A stretch of 64,000 nt of DNA, from positions 30,807 through 94,806 of the IMG/VR virus record IMGVR_UViG_3300012979_000031. The stretch is one strand, 5' to 3'. Below the pieces are notes generated by a model. The model ran no database searches, was not told the origin of the DNA, and saw only the letters and a list, made by a program, of their open reading frames with translations. The translations under genes and the position numbers were made by a program. Source of the DNA: a virus (Duplodnaviria > Caudoviricetes). Below are positions 29,138-36,797 of the stretch, piece by piece (position 1 is the first letter of the stretch; each line of letters opens with the position of its first letter).

Positions 29138-29759
29138 ACTAACTAAGGCTACTACTATACTGGGAATGAACCTGGAAAATGCTTGTAAGTGGTTGGATAA
29201 GGTAGAACAGAATACTTACTACTCCCTAATGAAAAATTTTAGAGATACTATTGCTGACTACTTGAGGGATTACGTAGAGTACACAGCAACTTTCAATGGT
29301 AATATAACTTCTACTACACCTCCAACACCACTGGTCCAGGTTCCACTACAAAAAGGCAAATTATCTACTGACCTGATGAAAACCCTACCTCCACCAGTTT
29401 GCTCTATGTATTCAATCGAGAGTGGGGAAGATGGTCTTAGTCAATGGATAACCTGGATGACTAGTGTGTATGCTCAAATAACTTCTGGAACTTTTATACT
29501 CGGAACTAACTTTCAACCAACTTCTATGACTACTCCGATGGGTAATTTTCCTGCCTTTACATCTTTAAGTCTAGGCTGGAGTAGAGATGATTTATTAGGC
29601 GCTCTGGAAAATAAACAAAGCATTTTCGATACAATAGCTGGTAATATAATATCTGACTTGAAGAGAAGTATAACAATTCCTTCTTATCCAAGTTCAGGGA
29701 CTATAAGCATGCAACCAGTCTTAGGAACAGATACTATAACTACGTTTATCTATCCTTGA
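29130..29759 (+). CDS. Hypothetical protein downstream of spike
   Basis: 209 aa ORF overlapping the spike stop. Confidence 0.65.
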   Translation: MNELTKATTILGMNLENACKWLDKVEQNTYYSLMKNFRDTIADYLRDYVEYTATFNGNITSTTPPTPLVQVPLQKGKLSTDLMKTLPPPVCSMYSIESGEDGLSQWITWMTSVYAQITSGTFILGTNFQPTSMTTPMGNFPAFTSLSLGWSRDDLLGALENKQSIFDTIAGNIISDLKRSITIPSYPSSGTISMQPVLGTDTITTFIYP

Positions 29760-29804
29760 AAAAAAAATAAAGAGAGGGAACACTATATCCTTCTCTTCTT
29801 TTTT
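29760..29804. terminator. Probable bidirectional terminator at the convergence of the + operon and the minus island
   Basis: A run, AAGAGAGGGA-N8-TCCTTCTCTT, T run. Confidence 0.7.
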
Positions 29805-29816
29805 ACTAATTTACAG

Positions 29817-29855
29817 AAAAAAAATAAAGCCAATCCATCACAGACTAGCTTTATT
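29817..29855 (-). terminator. Minus-strand terminator
   Basis: Minus strand AATAAAGCTAGTC-TGTGATG-GATTGGCTTTATT then T run; pairs fully only on the minus strand via G-U. Confidence 0.7.
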
Positions 29856-29885
29856 CATTACCACAATTTCGATTTTGACATTTTA

Positions 29886-29903
29886 CATATATAAGGAATC
29901 TAG
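29886..29903 (-). promoter_or_regulatory. Putative promoter box
   Basis: Minus strand CTAGATTCCTTATATATG. Confidence 0.55.
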
Positions 29904-29914
29904 GGGAAGAGATG

Positions 29915-30229
29915 TTATGCCTGTCCCCATTTATTTAGTTCTGCATAATCTGAGCCTGGTAAGAACTGAATATTACTCTTTAGATTACCTATCAAGTCAT
30001 CAATAGATTTAAATAAATTATCCCTAGTTATAGTTATCTTGGCTTCTGATTTTACACCACTACTATTACTATAACTATACTTCACCTGATAAACTTCATC
30101 TGCAGACTTAATATCACTCTCATTTTTCCACAGCTTAATCTCTATATAAGTTACTTCTCCTTGCACAATCTTTTCATCTGCTAGAAAAAATACCTCACTT
30201 CCAATATCAAACTTAGTCTCTAGTATCAT
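29915..30229 (-). CDS. Hypothetical phage protein
   Basis: 104 aa, starts MILETKFDIGSEVFFL. Confidence 0.7.
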   Translation of the reverse strand: MILETKFDIGSEVFFLADEKIVQGEVTYIEIKLWKNESDIKSADEVYQVKYSYSNSSGVKSEAKITITRDNLFKSIDDLIGNLKSNIQFLPGSDYAELNKWGQA

Positions 30230-30240
30230 AACTTAAAAAA

Positions 30241-30786
30241 TTAATATTTATTAAACTTAATAGGCTTCTTTACTCCATTATTATCCAAGGATTTAAATAC
30301 TCTAAGTACTAATCCTAACTCCTCTATTATAGCATCAGTAACTTTCTCCTTAGCTTTCTTGTTTGTCTTAGCTAGCTTTGATAAGAAACGAGTCTTTCCT
30401 AGGAATGGAGTTAATTCTCGATACCCTAAAATCTTATCTAGTAACTTTATAAATTCCTCTTTATCAAGCTCAATAGATTTTTCTCTCGAATTAAACATCT
30501 TAGCCCACACCGCTTTTACTATCTTCTTAGATTTCTCCTCCCAGAACAAACCTAATAATCTATTTAACGAAACCGCAACTCCAGGGACACCATACTTATT
30601 TAATTGTAGTAATAGGATCTTTCGAACTTCCTTGTACTTCACTGTGATGGTAATAGGATCTTCAGGTTTCAGCTTCTCTATCCAGTTAAAGAAGAATATA
30701 TTTCCCTCTATCTCAGAAAGCGCTTCTCCTTTACTGATCTTCTTATTAATGTTCTTCAATGACCTTTTCTTTGCATCAGATTTCAT
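30241..30786 (-). CDS. Basic hypothetical protein
   Basis: 181 aa Lys-rich ORF with an upstream promoter box. Confidence 0.7.
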   Translation of the reverse strand: MKSDAKKRSLKNINKKISKGEALSEIEGNIFFFNWIEKLKPEDPITITVKYKEVRKILLLQLNKYGVPGVAVSLNRLLGLFWEEKSKKIVKAVWAKMFNSREKSIELDKEEFIKLLDKILGYRELTPFLGKTRFLSKLAKTNKKAKEKVTDAIIEELGLVLRVFKSLDNNGVKKPIKFNKY

Positions 30787-30807
30787 AGTAATAATTATTT
30801 TAATCTA

Positions 30808-30827
30808 CATTTATAAGATTAATCTAG
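30808..30827 (-). promoter_or_regulatory. Putative promoter box
   Basis: Minus strand CTAGATTAATCTTATAAATG. Confidence 0.5.
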
Positions 30828-30848
30828 CCTATGATCAGTGAATTCAAG

Positions 30849-30880
30849 AAAAAAAAAAGAAGACCTATCTCTAAGCCTTC
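30849..30880 (-). terminator. Terminator after FNT gene
   Basis: Minus strand GAAGGCTTA-GAGA-TAGGTCTTC followed by a long T run. Confidence 0.7.
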
Positions 30881-30892
30881 TCTTTCTATTTT

Positions 30893-31585
30893 CTATTCCA
30901 CTTCTTTGTACACTACTCTTCTCATATTACAACCTATAAAGTTACCTATGATAGAAGAAATCCAAATTAAAACCGGAGCATTATACCAATTGTCACCTGC
31001 CTTTATCATATAATTTTCTAGATATTGTAACCCTGGTATATAATCTGGTGCTCCTATAAACGGTGATGCTGCCATTGCATAATAAGTCTTAATGTCATAG
31101 AAGAAACCTAATGCATAGTAAAAACAATCTGCAATACTATGATAGAATCCACATAAAATAAATGCAGGAACTCCAAGTAATACCGGAACTACATTTCCGG
31201 TCTTCTTATATGCATAAACTATACAATCAATAATAACTCCACACATCACGGCCTTTGAAATTGCCTCTAATACTGTAGTTGAGTATCTTGTCTCTAAGGT
31301 CTTCCTCAAACTCTCACCTACAACATCTGAAATAACTGGAATAGAACAAATACCTGCCGTAATAATACAGCCAATGAAATTACCTACTAGGATAACTCCA
31401 AAGAGCTTTCCTAACTCACTTTTTAGGTCTACTGTTCCCGCTTTTACTGTGAATAGATTAGCGGAAAACATACATACTAAGACTAGCCCTAAACTAAATC
31501 CTAGAGCTCCAATCACGCCTCCTACATTAAGATATACGAAACTCGCTATCCCAATAAAGAACCCTGCTAAAATAGAATTTCTCAT
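30893..31585 (-). CDS. Formate/nitrite transporter (FNT) family channel
   Basis: SILAGFFIG, FSLGL...ANLFT, two GNFIG motifs and FILCGFYHSIAD. Confidence 0.85.
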   Translation of the reverse strand: MRNSILAGFFIGIASFVYLNVGGVIGALGFSLGLVLVCMFSANLFTVKAGTVDLKSELGKLFGVILVGNFIGCIITAGICSIPVISDVVGESLRKTLETRYSTTVLEAISKAVMCGVIIDCIVYAYKKTGNVVPVLLGVPAFILCGFYHSIADCFYYALGFFYDIKTYYAMAASPFIGAPDYIPGLQYLENYMIKAGDNWYNAPVLIWISSIIGNFIGCNMRRVVYKEVE

Positions 31586-31612
31586 TTTTATTTGTTTTAA
31601 ATGTTATTATTT

Positions 31613-31633
31613 CTATATATAAGGGTTTTCTGA
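31613..31633 (-). promoter_or_regulatory. Putative promoter box for the FNT gene, overlapping the MFS stop
   Basis: Minus strand TCAGAAAACCCTTATATATAG. Confidence 0.5.
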
Positions 31634-32806
31634 CTTATTAATTTTATAGATAGTGTAGTTAGAAATAAGATATAGAATAGCTAGGACATAAAATAGAGTA
31701 TTATATCCAAGCTCTAGTCTATTTACAATTATATTAGACAAGGAATTACCACACAATCCAGCCACACCCCAAGCAGATAAAGCAAGACCGTGAACGATAC
31801 TTAATTTTTTTACTCCGTAAGTGTCTGCAATAATAGGAGGAAGTGAAGAGAAACCACCACCATAACCTAGATTGATGATAAGAATAAGAGCTAAGATAAT
31901 AGAAGCGTTCCCTAGATTACCTAATACACAAATTATAGTACAGAGTGTTAAGAATGTTGTATAAGTTAGAGTTTTGTTTTTCAGGTAATCAGACCAAGTT
32001 GCAAAACCTATTCTTCCTATAGTATTAGACAGGGCGGATAATGAGCTAACAATTCCCGCAGAGATAAGGATACTATATTCTGCTACTATATTTTTCTCGA
32101 ATGATATAATAGCTAGACCACAAGTAATATTAAGGAAGAAAGCGAACCACAGTTTTAGGAATACCTTATCAGTTTTTACAAATTCTACCACATTAAAATC
32201 TTCTTTCAAGTGTATATCTTCGCTCTCCGGTTTCTTGATGAGTAGAGTTGCCGTAAGAATAGAAACAGCTCCAATACCAGAAATAGTTAAGATAGTACAG
32301 TAAGTAGAGGTATTAACTAGTAGGTATTCGATCATTGGGGAGAAAATAACTTTAGACAATCCAAACCCGGCAATAGCGATACCTGCAGCTAGTCCTTTAT
32401 TATCTTTAAACCAGAGCATAAGAGTTTTAACTGGAGTAAGATAACCAATCCCTAGACCTATACCCATTACTACTCCATAGCCTATAATAAAGAGTGAGGC
32501 AAGCTTAGTATCGATCCCTAGAGCTGCAATCCCCAGGCCGGAACAGAAGAATATACCAGAAACGAGAGCAGATAGTGTAACGTTTTTCTCTACGAACTTA
32601 CTACAAAAAGCTGCAGACATACCTAAGAAGAAGATAGCCAGTGAAAATGCAACCTCAATATCAGAAGTCTTAACACCAAGGTCACCAGCCACACTATCTT
32701 TAAGGAGTGACCAACAATAAACGCTACCGATACATACATGAATTAACAAAGCTGGGATTGCACCACAGATCCATTTGTTTTCTTTTTTGTTTAATAGTTT
32801 TATCAT
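31613..32806 (-). CDS. MFS transporter, oxalate:formate antiporter (OFA) family
   Basis: ~12 hydrophobic segments; IHVCIGSVYCWS, GIGLGIGYLTPVKTLMLWFKDNKGLAAG, YGGGFSSLP. Confidence 0.85.
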   Translation of the reverse strand: MIKLLNKKENKWICGAIPALLIHVCIGSVYCWSLLKDSVAGDLGVKTSDIEVAFSLAIFFLGMSAAFCSKFVEKNVTLSALVSGIFFCSGLGIAALGIDTKLASLFIIGYGVVMGIGLGIGYLTPVKTLMLWFKDNKGLAAGIAIAGFGLSKVIFSPMIEYLLVNTSTYCTILTISGIGAVSILTATLLIKKPESEDIHLKEDFNVVEFVKTDKVFLKLWFAFFLNITCGLAIISFEKNIVAEYSILISAGIVSSLSALSNTIGRIGFATWSDYLKNKTLTYTTFLTLCTIICVLGNLGNASIILALILIINLGYGGGFSSLPPIIADTYGVKKLSIVHGLALSAWGVAGLCGNSLSNIIVNRLELGYNTLFYVLAILYLISNYTIYKINKSENPYI

Positions 32807-32827
32807 AATATTTTAAATTTAATTAAT

Positions 32828-32846
32828 CGTATATAAGGGTTTCAAG
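32828..32846 (-). promoter_or_regulatory. Putative promoter box for the MFS gene
   Basis: Minus strand CTTGAAACCCTTATATACG. Confidence 0.55.
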
Positions 32847-32865
32847 AATTCTATACCTTCTTTCT

Positions 32866-33934
32866 TTATAACTTTTCTAATATTCTTACACCCTCTATTT
32901 GTTTACCTTCTACTGATTTTGTAGCTCTCTTTGTTTTTAAATATTTATCTAGTTCTGATGCCTTTGGACAAGCTTTATAACCAAGATTACTATAGATTTC
33001 TCCTAATAATTTTTTCACGTCCTTGTTAGAATAAAACTCACCTACCTGAAAAGTATTGTAGATGTTATTAAGTAAGGCTTCTTCATCTACCTTCACCTCT
33101 TCTTTCTTTTTTTTCTTCCTTTTCTTTCTTCAATTTTCTTACCTTCACTTTTATAACTCCATTCTTAATATCTTCGTACTCTCTTCTAATATCCGTAACA
33201 TTATAACCATGAGCTTTACATCTTCCAGGACCGAGGACTATGTAATATTTCTTGTAGGTTAGTGGAATTTGATTAAGTATAGCCAGTCTTTCACTCTCAC
33301 TAAAATTATTATCACACAATGCTTTCATTTTATGACTAAAGTCTGGAAGTGTATTAAAGTTCTCTAAAAACTTCTTAATATCATCTCCTAGGTCTACATC
33401 AATAATACTTAAATCTCCTTCACTGAAACACTCCTTAAACATCTTTACACTAAAAATAGTTTTACCTAACATTGGAATATATTTATCTATCAAGGTATCA
33501 TATTCTTTTACTATTTCCTCAGAGTTATTCTCCTTTAGCCGCTCAGTGCAATATATATTTATTAGCATCTCTACTTCTTCTCTGAACTCAATATATCTCT
33601 CAGTTAACCTTCCATCAGTCCCTCTGATAAAGTAAGCTAGGTCAGATACTTTAAACTCATTATCTAAACTTTCTTTTGTTCTATGTCTATCGAAAAACCT
33701 TAGAATCTCTACACTATCCTCAAACCATTCCTTTCTATATATCAAGTACTCATTGAACTTGGCTTGAATTAATTTCTCATGATCCTCTGTAGCATCTGGT
33801 ATTGTATATAAAACTTTACAAAATGGATTATGTAGTTTATAAAAATTTAGCCTTCTTTCAAAATTATCATCATTAGTATAACCAATTTTATAATAAGTTT
33901 CATTTCTACCTTCACTTTCTATTAGATATACCAT
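32866..33934 (-). pseudogene. GIY-YIG/T5orf172-like nuclease-domain gene split by a 1-nt frameshift in an A8 run (ORFs 33083..33934 and 32866..33096)
   Basis: N-terminal MVYLIE..YYKIGYT..RRL..Y..HNP..E..WF; removing one A at 33107-33114 joins the two ORFs, and the joined C-terminus parallels that of the adjacent helicase-like protein. Confidence 0.65.
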
Positions 33935-33936
33935 TA

Positions 33937-35934
33937 TTACTTCTCCTTTCTTTTAATTAATCCTAAACAATTACTAATAACTCCCTTTTTCATAATTCTA
34001 CATGGTTTTGTTTCAAAGTATCTCTCTAGATCAGTTGCCTTAGGAGTAGCTTTATATCCAAACTCTTTATAAATATTACCGAGACTTTCTTTTATTTCTT
34101 TTAATGTATACTTTTCTCCTATAGTAAACTTTTCATAAATTACATCTCTCATAGACTTAGTTATAGAGGAATTTGACTTAACTATATTATACTCAGCTTC
34201 AAGTTTAGATTTTTGATAACTAAGGGCTTTAATTTTATCCTTTCCTAGTATAGTTAAGTAATTTCTAAACTCCATTGGAAGACGAGAGACGAACCTATCA
34301 TAATCCTCCATTCCCGTTATTCCAGGATCACAGGCAAACTTCATCTTATCAATAAATGTAGTAAACTTGCAAAATTCTTCCTCCTTCTTCATTACAATGT
34401 CTCCAGTAGTATTATAGTTCAAGGTAGTAACCGTAGCATATACTGAGAATCTATTCTTATAATCTATCTGTTGAATTTCAAAACACCTCATCTCTGATAT
34501 CATTACTAGGTTGTTAAATACTGGAAATAAATCATCACCACCATGCTCATTAACTGCTACGTAATGATGCTTGTAGTTGAATATTTTGGCTGAATTTCTA
34601 TACTCCTCTGCTAATACATGCTTTCCAGAAACTTCCTCATATGATTTTAATAACGAATTTGTTCTTGATATCTTCTCCTTTAAGTAATTATCAAAATCAT
34701 CCTTAGTCTTAAAATTTTTACCTATCAATGTCTTGTAATATAACTTGGCATAATTTTTCCACGGATTTGTTTCTAGTCTTTGTCTTCCTAGAATTTGTGG
34801 TAAGTCTAGAGAAATATCAACAACTAAACAATCTATATTAGCATCACTGAATATAAAGGTCTGTGCATTAGTTGAGTAAAAGTCAGCACCAAGATAAACT
34901 GTTCTAGTACAAAAGGTAAACATTTTATGAGGCTCTCCTTCTAATGGTGGCTCTCCTATACAACTAACTCCTCTTTTCTTAACCTTTAATGCCTGCTTGA
35001 TCTTCTTTTCATTATCTGGAGTTCTAGCACAAATTACATTAGTCTCCTCATACGTTAATTTAGCTTTCTTTATAATATCACAAATATTTTTTACCGAATT
35101 AACATATATCACACACTCTTTACTCTGAATCTCCCTTATCACTCCATCTTCATCTACATATGATGCTATTGCCGTTTTTCCTATTTTATATCCTTCTATT
35201 ACATTTAATGCCTCTGTTATGATGTTTGTACAAGGCTTTATTTCTAAATTCGGTACATCTATTCTCCCCGGATCTTCTGATGACCAGTCTAGTTCATAAT
35301 ACGGAAGATCTTTAAATTCATCCAACATATCTAGATATTTATCAATCATAGGTGTAGCTGAGACAAAGCATATTCTCTTTAAATCTTGAATATGTCCTAA
35401 AAATCCAATCTCTGTATCAGATTTGAACTTACTATCTATAAATATACTCTGAAATTCATCAATAACTACATAATAATCTGTAATACTACTTCCCAAGGCT
35501 TCTTTTACTAATCTAAAGGAGTCATATGTAACTAAAATTTTTATAGGCAAACTTTTAGTTCTTCTCCGTAAAACATAATTGATTATAGATAACTTTAGTT
35601 GCTCTATCTTCTCCTTATTACTCTCTTTTACTTCAGCAATTTTTACTAAATCTTTTGGCTTCGCATCAACAGTTAAGTCTTTATCTACTGGTGTAACCTT
35701 CTCTAATTCATTTCTTACATAAAGTACTTCTGGATGTTGCTTTTCTTTATTCTCTAATAACACCTTTCTTGGAGAACAAAGAATGACATTTTTAGAATTA
35801 GTTATACAATATTTAGTAAAACCACAACCAGTTAACTGTTTATTTAAAATACAGGGTTCCTCTGGTAACGAGAACCCTGTCCATTCACTAATGTACCTAA
35901 TACCTTTTGGTACGTTTAATTTTTCTTTTCTCAT
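33937..35934 (-). CDS. SF2 helicase-like protein with degenerate Walker A; candidate origin-binding protein
   Basis: LTGCGFT (Walker A-like), VIDEFQS (Walker B), VSATP (motif III), QILGRQR (motif VI); probable ATG at 35934. Confidence 0.65.
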   Translation of the reverse strand: MRKEKLNVPKGIRYISEWTGFSLPEEPCILNKQLTGCGFTKYCITNSKNVILCSPRKVLLENKEKQHPEVLYVRNELEKVTPVDKDLTVDAKPKDLVKIAEVKESNKEKIEQLKLSIINYVLRRRTKSLPIKILVTYDSFRLVKEALGSSITDYYVVIDEFQSIFIDSKFKSDTEIGFLGHIQDLKRICFVSATPMIDKYLDMLDEFKDLPYYELDWSSEDPGRIDVPNLEIKPCTNIITEALNVIEGYKIGKTAIASYVDEDGVIREIQSKECVIYVNSVKNICDIIKKAKLTYEETNVICARTPDNEKKIKQALKVKKRGVSCIGEPPLEGEPHKMFTFCTRTVYLGADFYSTNAQTFIFSDANIDCLVVDISLDLPQILGRQRLETNPWKNYAKLYYKTLIGKNFKTKDDFDNYLKEKISRTNSLLKSYEEVSGKHVLAEEYRNSAKIFNYKHHYVAVNEHGGDDLFPVFNNLVMISEMRCFEIQQIDYKNRFSVYATVTTLNYNTTGDIVMKKEEEFCKFTTFIDKMKFACDPGITGMEDYDRFVSRLPMEFRNYLTILGKDKIKALSYQKSKLEAEYNIVKSNSSITKSMRDVIYEKFTIGEKYTLKEIKESLGNIYKEFGYKATPKATDLERYFETKPCRIMKKGVISNCLGLIKRKEK

Positions 35935-36010
35935 AAATTTTTTAATAATAATATTTTTGTAAATCAAAATTACAAAAGTTCTTTAAAAACCTTTAATAAT
36001 TTATCTATAA

Positions 36011-36028
36011 CAATTATAAGAAATTCTG
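36011..36028 (-). promoter_or_regulatory. Putative promoter box for the helicase-like gene
   Basis: Minus strand CAGAATTTCTTATAATTG. Confidence 0.4.
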
Positions 36029-36130
36029 GTTAATAAAACTCCTAAATTGGATAATTTTTTCACTATTTTTACCCTATTACTATTAATATAACGAAAAAAT
36101 GTCAAAATAGTTTATTTCAATTTAAGCTAA

Positions 36131-36258
36131 GATGACGACCCCCTTGTAGGACTTTGGGGTCGTCATCCAGATAGAAGAGTAAACGGGCTTTGATTTTATT
36201 TGAGATATAATCGAGAATAAAATCAGTGGCACGTGTGGGAGGGCGTTTACTCTTCTAT
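36131..36258. repeat. Cluster of perfect inverted repeats in a divergent intergenic region (candidate origin or structured RNA)
   Basis: 12-bp IR 36131-36142/36156-36167; 15-bp IR 36171-36185/36244-36258 enclosing a 10-bp IR 36191-36200/36216-36225. Confidence 0.85.
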
Positions 36259-36409
36259 ATTGTCCTAATTAGAGTTTATTTAAGTTAGTTTTAAAGAGAA
36301 GAATAGAAGAAATTAATTAGAGGAAGTCAGGTGGGACTGGGGCTCCCAGGCTGGCTTTTCTAGAGTTCACATTTTTTCTCCTCCGTTTCGAAAAAGAGGT
36401 TTTTGAGAG

Positions 36410-36425
36410 TAGACTCTTATAGGTG
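36410..36425 (+). promoter_or_regulatory. Putative promoter box for the baseplate wedge operon
   Basis: TAGACTCTTATAGGTG upstream of 36448. Confidence 0.4.
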
Positions 36426-36447
36426 TGAACAAAAGACATGAAAGTTT

Positions 36448-36792
36448 ATGGAAAAATATTTATTATCAACAGGAAAATCAACATATAGACTCGAGTTATA
36501 CATATTAGACCAGTTTAAGTTGTATCTCACTGTTAATCCTGGAGACATACCTGGAGATTCTAGCATAGGTTTTGATTTTACTTTAACGAATGTAATGAAA
36601 TCAGAATTAAGGGAAGAGGTATCGAAGAGGGTTATGGAGTTAATACAGAAGATACAGTCGGAATATGGAAAAGGGGTGACAATAGTAGTGAATTCGCTAG
36701 ATATAATAAATGAGGAGAGAGCGGACTTAGTTATAACAGTCACAGCCGGAGGAGAGGTAATGGATAATATAAGTGTAGATTTATATAAGTAG
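36448..36792 (+). CDS. Baseplate wedge / sheath initiator (gp25-like)
   Basis: 114 aa; LTVNPGDIPGDSSIGFDF motif; first gene of the wedge cluster. Confidence 0.65.
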   Translation: MEKYLLSTGKSTYRLELYILDQFKLYLTVNPGDIPGDSSIGFDFTLTNVMKSELREEVSKRVMELIQKIQSEYGKGVTIVVNSLDIINEERADLVITVTAGGEVMDNISVDLYK

Positions 36793-36797
36793 AAGTT

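Noticed and set aside
30359-30841. Plus-strand 160-aa ORF
   Set aside because: Antisense to 30241..30786, which has a promoter box and fits the island orientation
36131-36258. tRNA or known riboswitch in the palindromic region
   Set aside because: No cloverleaf, T-loop or recognisable riboswitch consensus; the stems are perfect Watson-Crick, which fits DNA palindromes at least as well
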